The notes under the pieces were generated by a model that did no database searches, had not been told where the DNA came from, and saw nothing but the letters and a program-made list of their open reading frames with translations. The translations under genes and the position numbers were made by a program. From positions 39,806,001 through 39,870,000 of the forward strand of contig NC_087447.1 of the NCBI RefSeq assembly GCF_036321535.1: DNA of 64,000 nucleotides, in the 5' to 3' direction. Source of the stretch: Camelus dromedarius (Eukaryota). Below, piece by piece: positions 25,624-37,945 of this stretch (position 1 is its first letter; each line of letters starts with the position of its first letter).

Positions 25624-27569
25624 AAGGTTGTTAGTGGACTTCACTGATTAGGGGTAACCTGGCCATTTCCTTGAGGGGACACCAAAATGTCAGTATTTGT
25701 AGGTCCTTTCTCTTGAGCAGGGGCCACTTCTGGCTTCCAATGTCCTGGGAAGTCTCACCATTTAGTCTGATGATCTTTTACTTATTTCTTCAGCCAGTGG
25801 GAAGAGTCTGACCAGCTCCATTTCCAGTTACACCAGTCCACTTCTGGCCCAGTCAGCTGTCATCAGGGACCTGGTCACTTTTAGAGCTGTGACTTTTGTC
25901 CTGAGGCTGAGGTATTTTTCCATGAGGATATTGACTGGAAGGCTGTCAAGAGCGAAATCTTTCTAAGGCATGTTTTTTACACCTTGACTCTTTCCTTGAA
26001 GCACTTTTGAAATTCTGAAATCTTTGTATTTCCGGAGAAACCACTTCTCTAGATTTGGGTGAGTGGGAAAATAATCAGGCTTTCCTGGATAATCTGCTTC
26101 TTCTCTTCACAAACTTGTAAGTTTTCCACTTTAAAGTGCAACCTGGGTGATGGGATGTCCATCTACTCTTGATGGTCGGTGCCTGGGCTCTTTCAAAGCA
26201 GCGTCATCAATGGGATATGTAGGGGCAGTAAGGTTAGAGTAGAAACCTCCTTCACTCACCTAAAGAGGTGAACTCTGTTAGTTCCAAATTTAGATGAGGA
26301 GACTTGGGGATAAGCAGGGTCTGCTATCTGTGCGTATTCCCTGGTGGTGACTTGGTGCAGTTGAACAAGAGAGAATAAACTTCAGTAAAGAGGCTTTCAC
26401 TGGAGCCAGAGCCACTGTAGCTGTGTGACCCAGGGCACGCTATTCAAACGTGGAGCTTCAGTTTCCCCCTCCCTTTAAAATGGGAATAATAAAGAAATCT
26501 TACTCCACTCATAGTCTTTGAAAACCGTAACCACGTTAAACATAGGGTATTTTTCCTTATGCTCTTATGTCTTTCATAGTTTCAGTGATTTGAAGGGATC
26601 TTGCAAAGTATTCACCCCAGAGAGAGAGCCAGTTGAGTCCCCATCCTGTTCTGTTGAGGGCCTTCCTGCACCAGGATATAGTGTCCAGGGAATCTGGGTC
26701 AATGACAGGTTGGAGCATCATTCCTACGAGAGCTGAAATGGATGGTCTGAGGGAATGACTAGAGAGACAGCATCTTGCAGAAGAGGCAGTTTAAAACTTA
26801 GACAATCAGTTTGTCAATTAAAAGAGCTAGGTCAAAACTGAGATGCTCAGTTGTGTACAGATTGGACTAAAACTTAAAAAATCAACCGTGAGTGAAACAT
26901 GGAAGGAGACTTGGGAGACAGAGTCTGGAGGGGTTCCCAGAACCACTAGGTAAGGCTCTCCTGCTCCAGGTAGGGCATAGCCTGAGGGCTCAAAGGCCAG
27001 GCCTTGAAATAAGACAGACTTATGATTTTTATTTTCTCTATTTACTTTAGTAAAAAAAAAAAATCCAACATCTACATAAGTATAAGTGAAAAGTAAAAGC
27101 TTGTCTCTTTCCCCCCTTTTAATCCTATTTCTATGCATTTGCACATATATAAAAATACTCTTTTACATAAATGAGATCAATCTATACATAGCATTATTTT
27201 TAATTTAATAATATAATTTGGCAGTTCCTTCGCTCAACAAATACTGATTGTGCACCGTTTTAGGTGATAGAGATGTAGTGGTAAAAAAAACCAGAAATCC
27301 CTATTCCCAGAGATCTTTTCATATAGATACATGTCATTTACTTTTAACAGTGACAAAATTCCTTTAGAGTTTAAGGGACATCTACTACTTTCTCTTAGTT
27401 CCAGTCTTGTCTTTTCTCTTCCAATGGTGTCTTTCAAACAACAGCTTTTAACTTTGCCTAAGTCCAATTTATGATTTTTTTTCCTTTTATGACTTGTGCT
27501 TTTTTGGTGTTTTACCATGTCTTCCTCTAGAAGTTTCATCTGTCCCTTTACGTGAGATCTATCCCTTCG

Positions 27570-27925
27570 TTAAGACTTGGCCTGATTTGAATCACAAAGA
27601 TAGGTCCACAAATGGGCAGCCATAACTCCAGCTAGCACACGAGACACCCTTTACCTTTTGGGGTAGTGAATTTTGTTGGATAAAAGCCTGAGCTGCAGTT
27701 GGCTATCATTGCTGCCTGAGCATGAAGTGTAGGCAGAAGAAAGCAGAGACAAGAGATGAAAAGAGGCAGGTTCCTGATAACATTGTTTAGATGCCTGGTT
27801 CCCACTGGACCTGAAGCCATGTATCCTTGAGCCTTTCAGTTACATGAGCCAATAAGCCCCTATTTTGACTTCTGGGAGTTTGAATGGTGTTTATTTCAAC
27901 TACAACTGAACTTTAGGTGACTAAT
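27570..27925 (+). mobile_element. Old MaLR LTR (MLT1K/J-like)
   Basis: cctgataacattgttt...cctgaagcc...tttcagttacatgagccaataa...gactaat. Confidence 0.65.
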
Positions 27926-28484
27926 GAACAAAGTAAGAATATAGCCTAATGTACTTAATTAGTCCTTTATGGATGAACATTTAAGTTGCTCCAGGTTTTA
28001 GCTATTATAAGCCATGTAGCCCCAGGGGCTGTGGGCAGGAGGAAGATGGAGGAAGATTTGGGGTAAAAGGAAGGGCTGTGTTTTGAGGGAGATGCAGTGG
28101 ATTTCAAAAGAAGAATAAAGTCAGCTGAAGAGCTGTGCCAAGGAAAGGGCACTATTTCATCAGACTCTTCGTTAGAGGATTGGAGACTTCTGCTCAGGAG
28201 GAAACGAGGCCGTTCCACATGCCTCAGCACCTGCGCCAGGTGAGGGGAGAAGCAGAGGGAAAAGCCTGCTGCTGTTATGATGGGCTCTGATCAGGCCCTG
28301 GCCGTGCTCATGGTCTTGGTCTTGGCTTCAGCCCTCTCCACAGATCTCCTATTCACACACAGACCTCTGTGGAGGTGATCTTAGATCCTGAAACACAGGG
28401 TCTTTCTGGGACCTTGAATATAAATCTTGTCGATAAGTCATCATTTGAATACTTGAAAGCTTGCAAGGCAAACGTGACTACGAC

Positions 28485-28512
28485 ATTATTATTGTTGTTG
28501 TTATTGTTATTG

Positions 28513-28545
<33 letters not shown>
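28485..28545. repeat. (TTG/TTA)n trinucleotide repeat
   Basis: Direct reading; produces the poly-Leu in ORF 28369..28581. Confidence 0.92.
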
Positions 28546-28548
<3 letters not shown>

Positions 28549-28599
28549 GAGCCTCATTTGAAAAGTGAGAGAGAATGCTGAAGACAGAAGAGTGCTTCA

Positions 28600-28760
28600 G
28601 CATAAATTTTGGAGTCAGAAAGAGCTCTACGACTCTACTGGATTAAAACCTTGGACTTCTTATGCATCAGTTTCTCAGTCTATAAAATGGGGATAACAAA
28701 CACTTCCCTTACATAATTGTTGTGAGGATTAAACGAGGTAATTTTTAGCAGCCTAACTGA
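28600..28760 (+). mobile_element. MIR
   Basis: tttggagtcaga...tcagtttctcagtctataaaatggggataa...gttgtgaggattaaa MIR core. Confidence 0.75.
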
Positions 28761-29100
28761 TGAAACAGAGCCAGTGATTGGTGATAGACATTATTAACAG
28801 CCTTGAATCCGTGAGTTCTGACCCTTGTTCTTTCCACTACACTAGGCAGCTTCTGATGTGACTTTTGAAAGGATGCGCGGGGAAAGCACAGACTAACCCC
28901 TCAGCTGGTGAAGGAAGAGTGTAGGGTACTAGGATGTTTCCTGATTCTTTTCCTTCACTGGTGGACAGTTTTCCTTTCTCAAATGTTCTGCAAATACTGG
29001 TCTATTTAAAGTGAGATTCTTATAGGCCCAGACCCAAGGCACGTTATCCTACTGCAAAGACCTCCACAGAGTTGTCCGGCTTCCCAGAGCTCCCGGCCCA

Positions 29101-29117
29101 GGCTCCCCCTAGCGGCC
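29101..29117 (-). promoter_or_regulatory. Candidate CTCF binding site
   Basis: Minus strand GGCCGCTAGGGGGAGCC closely matches the CTCF core CCASYAGRKGGCRS, within a local CpG cluster. Confidence 0.5.
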
Positions 29118-30214
29118 GCTGCAGGACGCGCGCATGCCAACTGGGAAAGGAGGCCGACTGGGACCCAGGGAGGAGAGGGGTCATTTAACCAAGAACGGAC
29201 CCAGCAGTGATGCAATGCTTCCCCACTGGAGGGACACTCACATTCTGCTCTGGGGCTTCCGAGGCCAAGAGGATCAACAGTGGTGGGGAGCGGAGCTGAA
29301 GTCCTCCAGGGAGGAACGTGGCTGAGGACAGGGCTTTCGTGACCCAGCAAAATCTTAAGAAGCTCACTCACGTCCCTCCAGGCCAGGGTGCTTTGCCAAC
29401 TGGCTGAGGGAACATTCTCGTCCAATTTGGACCTGCCCCTGGGGATCCTGCTCCAGAAGCTCTGTGCCTATTCTTGGTCACACGTTCTTGGGAACTCCTG
29501 TCTTTGAGAACCCTGCCTCTAACAGATTTCAGTGGAAGCTTGTGCTATTTAATACTCAGGACACCCTAGGAGCTAGATTCTTTTTATCCTCGTCTTAGCG
29601 ATGAGGAGACTGCGATTACCTCTCCTGCCAAGGATCATACACCCAGGGAACAGGAAAGTTGGCATTCAGGCTCAGGGCTGAGAACTTCAAAGTCTGTTTT
29701 CTTTCCACCAGGCTACCCTGCACTGGACAGGGTAATTATTTGTTACCTACAGGCACCATCAATCATAGAACTGAAGAAAAACTTGGAATCCCAGCAGAGA
29801 GGAAAAGGTTTATAATCCACAGTCGGACTTGCATCTCCTTTCCCTGCTTCTTACCCATCTTCCTCCCTCCGGATGGTTTGTCCTACGAACCTTTTATCTC
29901 AGAACCACTGCCAAGCCACAATTTCCTGTGTTTTGTCTTGTTGCCCAGGGAAGAAAGTAGTGTCTGCCGGCCTGATCTGTGACTTGGGGCCATAATTACT
30001 TCTGGACTGTTTGGGTCCAAAGGGCTGGCTGAGCATCTCCAAGAAATACTGCAGCCTTCTGGTTCTTTCATCTCCTTGGTGGAAGTTAAATACAAGAGAA
30101 TTAACATTATTGGACAACTATTAAGTATCATATGTTGAATTTATATATATGTATATACATAAATATAAATACATAAAAATGTATATACTTACTCCTTTAT
30201 GTATATATTTACTC

Positions 30215-30380
30215 CTCACCACAACGATTTGATGTAGATGTCAGTACTCCCACTGTACACAGGAAGAAACTGAGGACCTGAAAGATAAAGTGATCCGTCC
30301 AAGGTCACACCTCTGAGATACAAGAGCTGAGATTTGAACCCAGTTGGTCTGCCTACCAGTCTATGATCTGTCTCCTGTCA
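30215..30380 (-). mobile_element. MIR
   Basis: gaagaaactgagg...ccaaggtcacac...gagctgagatttgaacccag. Confidence 0.8.
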
Positions 30381-30399
30381 ACAACTTCCTTATTGTTTA

Positions 30400-31680
30400 A
30401 TATTTTTTTTCTTTTTAAGTCAACTCTAATTACGTATCATTAACTTACAATAAAATGTTCTTGTTTTAAATAATCAAGTTGATGGATTTTGACAAATGTG
30501 TATGCCCTTGTAACCACCACCACAATCAAAATATAAACATTTCCATTATGCTCAAAAGTTCCCTTGTGCCCCTTTAGGGTTAGTTCCACCCCCAGCCCAG
30601 GTAACCACTGACCTGCTCTCCATCACTATAGATTAATTTTGGCTTCTCTAGAATTTCATATGAATGGACTCATATAATATATACACCTTTGGGTTTGGGC
30701 TCTGATGCTCAGCACAATGCTTTTGAGACTTATCCCGTGGTTGCGTATATTGGTAGTTTTTTTTTTTTCTTCCATTGGGTCAGTATACGACAATTTGCTC
30801 ATTTATCCACCATTCCTCCTGATAGACATTTATGTGGTTTCTAGTTTTGAACTATTATGCAAAATGCTGCTGTCAATATGTATGTACACTCTTTTCTTTG
30901 ACGTAAGTTTTTATTTCTCTTAAGTAAATCCCTGTGAGTGGAATTTCTGGGTTGTATGCAAAGTGTTTAACGTTGTAAGAAACTGACAAACTTTTCCCAA
31001 GTGGTACCAGTTTACACTCCCACTAGCACTGTTGGAGTTCCTGTCACACTTTGTCCTCACATGGCAAAAAGAGAGAACTCTGGTCTCTCTAGTGCCTTCA
31101 AGGGGCACAAATCCCATTCACCAGGGCTTCACCCTTATGAGCTAAACACCCCCCAAAGGCCCCACCTCCAAATACCATCACACCGGGACTAGGCTTCAAT
31201 ATATGAATTTTAGGGATATGCAAATATTCAGTCCAGAGCAGTGTTTAAGTATAAATTCAATTTATTTAATAAGATATAGATTTATTCATATTTTCTATTT
31301 CTTCTTGAGTCAATTTTGGTAAATTCTATTCTTTTAGGGAATTTGTCCATTTCATCTAAGTTGTCAAATTTGTTGACATTATGTTGTTCATAATATTTCC
31401 TTTTAATATGCAGTGTCTATCATGATGTTCTCTCTTTCATTCCTGAACTGGCACTTGGTGTCTCCTTTATTCTTGAGAAGTCTAGCTAGCGTTTTTTCAA
31501 TTCTATGGTCATTTTAGAGAGAACCTGCTTTTACTTTTATTGGTTTTGTCTATTGTTTATCTAATTTTTATTTTATTCTTTTCTGCTCTTGGTTTTATCA
31601 CTTCTCTCCTTCTATGTATTTTGGGTTTAATTTACTTTTTCTAGCTTCTTAAGGTGGATGTTTAAATCGTTAATCCCATT
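30400..31680 (-). mobile_element. Old LINE-1 fragments (3'UTR and ORF2)
   Basis: L1MB/MC-like 3'UTR antisense (taaccaccaccacaatcaa, tagaatttcatatgaatgga) and ORF2 antisense after 31240. Confidence 0.75.
31045..31240 (-). mobile_element. MLT1A-like LTR fragment
   Basis: cccaaaggccccacctccaaataccatcac...tgaattttaggg...attcagtccagagca. Confidence 0.8.
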
Positions 31681-32919
31681 CTCTGCCTGCTGATTCAGAG
31701 TTTACATTTTGTGTGCTTGATCTTTCATAGCCAGTGTTGTGAGAATATTTTCCCCATTATTGTTCATTCTAATATTATTTTGGAACATACCTTGTTTTCT
31801 CTATTCTAATACAGTCTGTTTTGATGGATTAGATAGCTAGAATGATTCCTTATTTTTTTGCACCCTGCACAAATATTAACATAGTGTTCTCAATATACTA
31901 TGCTTAATAAATGATTATTAAAATAAATAATATTTTAGTGTGTTTCCAAGAACAGATATATATGCAGAGTGGAGGACAGTATATGTTATAGAAGTTGGCC
32001 TTAATATTCCTGTTTGGTCATCAAAAGTCGGCTCAGACATCATCTCTTCTTGGAAGAAGTCTCCTCTGGGAGAGAGCATCTCTCTCATTCAGTTTTCTTT
32101 ATCTTGTGTGTATCCTATTGTTGCACTTATGTTGTATCATAATACTTAAAAATTAGTTTGCAGGTAGATCTCTCCTACTCTAGTCTTAGTTTATTTGACA
32201 ACAGGGCCTTTGTCTTATTCCTTGGTGCCCAGCACAATGCCTGACATATAGAAATCATTCAATAAATGTTTGTTGGTGAATGAGAGAACAAACACGCCTT
32301 TCTTTGCCTCCGAAGTCTGGTGAAACATTCAAAACTTATGCAGCAATCTGTACGTTCTGTTATGCTATATTTCAGAGAATAAACACTCTGGCCTACTGTG
32401 TTTTTGAAATGCATTTTAAATGGAAAAACATTCAGCATGTGTTGTAAGTTACTGCTCTCACTCAGAGTAGGGTCCGGAACCAATCAATGTCCAGGGCCCA
32501 ACAGCAAGTGGACAACACTGCCACTTCTCCCCCACCCTTTCATTTGTCTCAGAAGAAAATATCCGGTTTAAACCAATCTAACCTCTCCCGTCTTTGCTCC
32601 TGGAGATGAGGACTGTTTCACAAAGAAAGAAGGGTCTGCATCTCCACTGCTTCAGAAATTCAGAGCAATTACATAATAGGAAATGTCCCTAAACTCCAGC
32701 CAGATCAATTTGTTCCCCCTCCCCAGGGCTATTATCACAGTGCCCTTGCCAAAGCTCTCAACAAGTCTTCATAATCTCTTACATGCTTAGTTCTCTGTGG
32801 AGTTCTCCAAGCACTTTCCCACCCATTATCTTTTCTAATCGTCACAACAGCTGCTGTATGTTCCAGAGGGCACTGACTAAAGGGAAAAAGATGCTGCTCT
32901 GTAACCAGACAGCACTGCC

Positions 32920-33135
32920 TCCATTTATGTGGATGTGGCTAAGCCAAGGGTGTCTAGTTCCTGCCACTTACTGGTGTGGCAGTGGGCAAATCTCTCTGAG
33001 CCTCAATTTTGTTAGTTGTAAAATGGGGATAATAACACCCTGCAGGCTTCTTGTGATGGTTAGCACTATTGTGTGTAAACCATGTGGCACGAGGTTTGGC
33101 ACATGATAGGTGCTTGATACGTGGTAGTTATTCTT
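32920..33135 (+). mobile_element. MIR
   Basis: gccacttact...ctctgagcctcaatttt...tgtaaaatggggataataa...tggcacatgatagg. Confidence 0.8.
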
Positions 33136-34540
33136 TTCATGTTCTGTAAATGTTGCAGTTATTTTGGGTTATTGTAGCAACTTTGGGTGAGATTAAGGCG
33201 GGTGTGGTCAGGTGCAGTAAAGCAGTGCTAATGGACATCCTCTATGCTGCCAACTTCTGCCTCCCAGCACAGCGACTTCTAAAGGCAAGAATAGAAGGAA
33301 CTTAAACAAACAAAACAAAAAAACCCTGCCCCCTACACTAAATGGAGCAAAGGGAGGCCCTGTAATTTAGGTATTGCTAGAGTGCAACTAAATCCACCCT
33401 GTAATCGGTGTAGACTTTGTGCTGAAAGTAGTTGCTTTGGAGAGTTTGGTATTAGTTCATCTGTTTCTATGAGTATCATTTAACAAAAAACAAACTGGCA
33501 GCTACTCTGTGCTTGATGCTTAGGTTAGAGAGATAAATGAATGAATAAATCACTAACTGAATGAATCTTTACTCTCTGACAGAAGGTTGTTCAAAGAGCA
33601 CAGAGAATGGACTCACTAACTCTGTCCCGGAGAATTGGGTAAGGAGATTCTCGAAGGACAGGTTGGGTTTTCCTCTGATGGTGCCATCATTGAGTCTTAA
33701 TGGTGTGATGAGATTCTGTACAGTTCAGCTGTGGGGAGCAGTGAATTTATAGGGACCAGCTTGGCATGACGGTCAGGTGTTTGCGCTAGAGACAGGACCG
33801 AGAATCCACGCTCTGTCGTTGAGGAGCTGCGGAACCTCGGATAAACTGGCCCAGGGCTTGTGTTTACACAACTTAAACTGGAGATAACAGGTAATATCTA
33901 CTTTTGCGATTTTAAGGGGTCAGTAAATAATTTCCCATCTTTCTCACATAGGTTTGAATAATTGAGAGAGCAGAAATTAGATGGATGGATATCGAAATGT
34001 CACTTTACTACTACTAAGGCTGTATTTGAGAACCTGGATGTTTAGAAGTCACGTGCTTTCTGAACCTGCACCCCAGTGCCAAACATACTCCCTGGGCACA
34101 GGCAGGAATGGAGACTGCTGGTCTCTACCTGGGGCATGTCTGCTCCACTCAGGTCACTGTGAGACTCAGCAGCAGAGCAAAATGCATCCTTTCTTTGGGC
34201 AGGCAGATGGAAGAGTGGTCCTAGATGTGGCTAAGCCAAGGGTGTCTAGTTCCTTCTTCCCACCCAACCAATAGGATGAGTGACTCTCCCCAGGGAGGCT
34301 GAGGAGGTGAGCAAGAGGCCAAGAGTTTTACTCTAATGGACATCCTTCCACATGGAAACATGAAGCTAGAGGAAGGGAGGTTGCTTCCAGCACCCATAGC
34401 AAAGTGCTGTTGTGAGGATGAAACAGGAGGTAATATATACAAAATTCTAAGCACAGTGCCTGGCACACAGTAAACAGTTGGTTGGTGGTAGCGTTTATTG
34501 TTGTTGTTATGGTAGCAGATTATCTAGCCTGATATCTTTT

Positions 34541-34721
34541 ATTTTAAAACATTTTATTTATTGTTTGGTTGGTTTTTAATGTTTACTTGTTTTTGTTTGA
34601 GGGGGAGGTAATTAAGTTTATTTATTTGCTTCATTTTAATGGAGGTACTGGGGATTGAACCCAGGAGCTTGTGCATGCTAAGCACACACTCTACCACTGA
34701 GCTATACCCTCCCCCCATTCA
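34541..34721 (-). mobile_element. tRNA-derived camelid SINE (Vic-1-like)
   Basis: GGGGAGGGTATAGCTCAGTGGTAGAG...CCTGGGTTCAATCCCCAGTACCTCC with A-rich tail; degenerate TSD agcc(tg/ca)atat. Confidence 0.92.
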
Positions 34722-35599
34722 AGCCCAATATTTTGTCTGATTTCCTCCCATTAAGATATCCATGAAAATATGCAAAAAGACAAATGCTGGAAGCTAAAGA
34801 GAAGACCATATGCCCAAGTCTGAGGGGGAATCTCTCCTAGCTGTACTCTTGATAAAGACACATATCCTCGGCTACACTCTCCTTTAGGAAAGCATGGAAC
34901 CCCCTTTAGGGAAGGAGTCTAAAGTGACCCCAAATATCAGCAAACCCTTGTTCAGCTACATCCCTTCTGCATCTGGGGATTATCTTTTGAACTTTATAGA
35001 ACTGGTCCCATCATCTTAATTCCATAAATTCCACTCCATACACAGACAGAAGCTAGAATTCTCAGGCCATGTGATATCTTGCAACCTGAAATGAGTAGCT
35101 ATCCAAGGAAAAACATTCTGGAGAAATGGTAGAGTTCTGGGAACAATGCAGTAGATAGAGATGGGGTGGTGATGGAGGCAGAGGCAGGAAAAAGGATGTG
35201 GTTCTCTTATGCTCTGACAAAAGAACTAATGAATGCATCTGACCCAAAAGTCAGAGGGAGAGGAGAGTCCACCTGAGTCCTGCTTAGTCAAATGAGACAA
35301 TTACCTGCCCAGCCCAGGACTAGGGGCCATGTACATCCACCCCCAGGCTAAGTGTAGATCTTAAAGAAGAATACTCCAGCGCCCAAGTGCACAGGGGGAG
35401 AAACCACGAAGACCCCATGGTCTCTGCCTGTTGGCAGAGACTGGGCCTCGTTTAAAGATAAATCAAAGGTGAAAACTAGAGCCCTGTAAAAATCACTGTA
35501 GCATAAAAGAAATTGAAAAGTGTTCTCTAGGCCCAGAAGAAAACCTCAACTCTAGAAATTACTTAGTATGTAACATGATAAAGATAGTGAACAAGCTGC

Positions 35600-35840
35600 A
35601 CAGTATAAATGGAAGTTAAGAGAGTCAATCCTAAGAGTTTTCATCAAAAGAGAAAAAAACCATATTTTTCTATTTCTTTAATGTGGTGTCGGTATCAGAT
35701 GATGAATGTTCACCATGCCTGTTGTGGTAATCATTTCATGATGTCGGTGAGTCAAATCATTATGTTGTATACTTTAAACTTAGACAGTGCTGTATATTAA
35801 TTGTATCTCAATAAAACTGGTGAAAATAGTTTTAAAAAAG
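35600..35840 (+). mobile_element. LINE-1 3'UTR end
   Basis: tgtggtaatcatttcatgatg...tgtatactttaaactt...ttgtatctcAATAAAactgg. Confidence 0.8.
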
Positions 35841-36404
35841 TAAAAATTACCTATTAGAGGACTCAGGAAAGTTTTTGGAAGACATTTGCTTGTTACTTCC
35901 AGTAAGATGCAAGAAGTCATGGTCCCTCTGAAGAAGGATAAGAGAGATTTATCAGCAATGATTTGCTATCAAAAGGGAGCTTGCAAGTCAACTCCACAAG
36001 CAAGACTAATAATAATATCTATGTTGATGTGATTTTATAAGATTGAATTGTTCCTGAAGAAGGGATTAGAAAAAATAAAACAAAAATAAAAATCTAAGTT
36101 TTAATAAAAGAAACTATTTTTCAGTGGAAGAAAAGGCCAGTGTTTGGAGCTCAAAATGATTTGGTGTGTTCCAGGTGACATTAATATACATTTCTAAAGA
36201 CTCATTTTGAATTTTAAGGAAAGCAACAACAAAAAAATTTTAGAAGAATCCATGCCCAAAACAAAAACAAAACAACCCAGTTTATCTACAAAAGAACAAA
36301 AATCAGACTTCTCTTTGAATAACAAAAAAATAACAAAGCAACATAGAATAACAAAAAAATAAAGCAACGTCTGCATAGTTTTGAAGGGAAAAAATGTAAA
36401 ATAA

Positions 36405-36623
36405 GTATTGGTTAAAGAAACTAAGAGAGACAGACTGGGGCCAAGATGGTGGAGTAGAGAGACTCACAGCTCACCCTCTTCCACAAATACACCAAGGATT
36501 ACTCCTACAAACCCACTGAATCGCACAGAACACCTACTGAACTCTGGCAGAGTGTCTCTCACTTCAAAATATAGGAGGATTCTCACAAAATCCAGTGAGA
36601 GAAAAAAACCAAACAAACAGATG
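36405..36623 (+). mobile_element. Isolated LINE-1 5'-end fragment with A-rich tail
   Basis: GGGGCCAAGATGGTGGAGTAG (YY1-type L1 start)...gaacacctactgaac; A-rich tract 36602-36618; putative TSD aat(g/c)taaaataa. Confidence 0.6.
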
Positions 36624-36714
36624 AATCTAAAATAATTCAGGAATGTTAAATTGTATTTTATAAAGGGATAGGTGGTAAGCATTGAAAACAAGTGAACATG
36701 TGAACATTAAAAAC

Positions 36715-37300
36715 TGTGTCAGTTAGGGTTCTGTTAGGCTACAAACCATCTAGGCATTTCAAACAGGCAGAATTTAAATATAGGCTATTGTTACTTAGGG
36801 GATGGTCTTTTTGAAGACACAAATAGGGCGTTACTCTCAAACTTTAATGTGTATTCAAATCATCTGGGGTCTTTAAAATGTAGGTTCAAATTCAGTAGTT
36901 TTGGGGTGGAACCTGAGATTGTACATTTTTAAGAAGTTCCCAAGTAAAGCCAATGCTGCTGGTTCATGAGCCACTTTTCGAATAGCGAGGAAATGGGGGA
37001 AGTTGAGGCAACCAGAGATAAGCAATAGCAGGGAGCCACGATTTTCCTTAAAGTTGATGGAATACCCAGAGGAGACATTGTTACCGAAGTCTAGAACTCG
37101 GTGCCTTGGTGGTAGCTAGCAACATGGCCACGCCTTCCTGATGGGAGTTGGGACCCTGATGGAGCTGGGTTGTCTGGCAGAATCTGAAGTTACAGCAGAG
37201 ACGCAGCTGCTGCCGAAGACCCAGCTGGAGGCAGAGAGATAGGAAGTCAGCACCTTGGGCTCTTCCCCTCCTTCTAGCCTCTGATCTTGTGCAAACTTTC
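36715..37300 (-). mobile_element. Ancient LTR (LTR78-like) with nested MER5-like MITE at about 36830-36990
   Basis: tgtgtcagttagggttc...ctaggcatttcaaacagg...atttaaatatagg; nested ctcaaactttaatgtgtattcaaatcatctgggg...aatgctgctggt. Confidence 0.55.
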
Positions 37301-37569
37301 CCTCAGGGCTGAAACTCCCTTCCCCAGGACAGCACGCTGCCTCCCTGGCTCTCAGCCTCTCCCTCTGGGTCACTCTTACACTTCTCATTCTGTTAATATG
37401 CTGAGCCATTTAGCTTGATCCCAGCTTGGTTCCAATTTCTACCTCCAAACTGTCAAACATCACAAAGGGCTCTTTCCTCTTAGAAAGAGCTGGAGAGACA
37501 GGGTAGGGAGCGAGTGAGGGGGAAATAAGAAATATAGTTAATAACAAACAGAGTTTTTCTTTTAAGCTT

Positions 37570-37945
37570 ATTACACTATGTAGCTCCTATATTTCAGGAC
37601 CTTGAACACACTAAGCTCTCTCCCACTTCAGCGAAGGCTGATCCCTTACCGTGAAATGCTTTCCCCTATAATCTGTGGCTGGTTAACTTCTACTCATTAT
37701 TTAGATCTTAGCTTAAATGTCTCTTATGAATAGATAGCTCCCCTAACACTGCATATTATAATAACTTCTCATAACATTTTTTTCCTTGCTTTTCAATTTC
37801 AGTGTGAAATTATATATTTATGTGATTATGCTCCATGTCCCTGTCCCCTACTATGTCTTAAGCTCCATGAGGGCAAAAATTGTATTGACCTTGTTAAAAG
37901 CTGTATTTCCCATGCCTGAGAAAACTAGACTAATAAATGAATGTG
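37570..37945 (+). mobile_element. LINE-2 3' remnant
   Basis: aacttctactcattatttagatcttagcttaaatgtc...taagctccatgagggca...aataaatgaatg. Confidence 0.7.

Noticed and set aside
28369..28581. Poly-leucine ORF resembling a signal or transmembrane peptide
   Set aside because: Generated by the (TTG/TTA)n microsatellite
33228..34346. 14-bp repeat ctaatggacatcct at 33228 and 34333 as evidence of a tandem duplication
   Set aside because: Short enough to arise by chance and its offset differs from that of the 31-bp repeat
16140..34714. tRNA-like sequences with A/B boxes as tRNA genes
   Set aside because: Each has an A-rich tail and TSDs and lacks a proper acceptor stem; they are SINE heads
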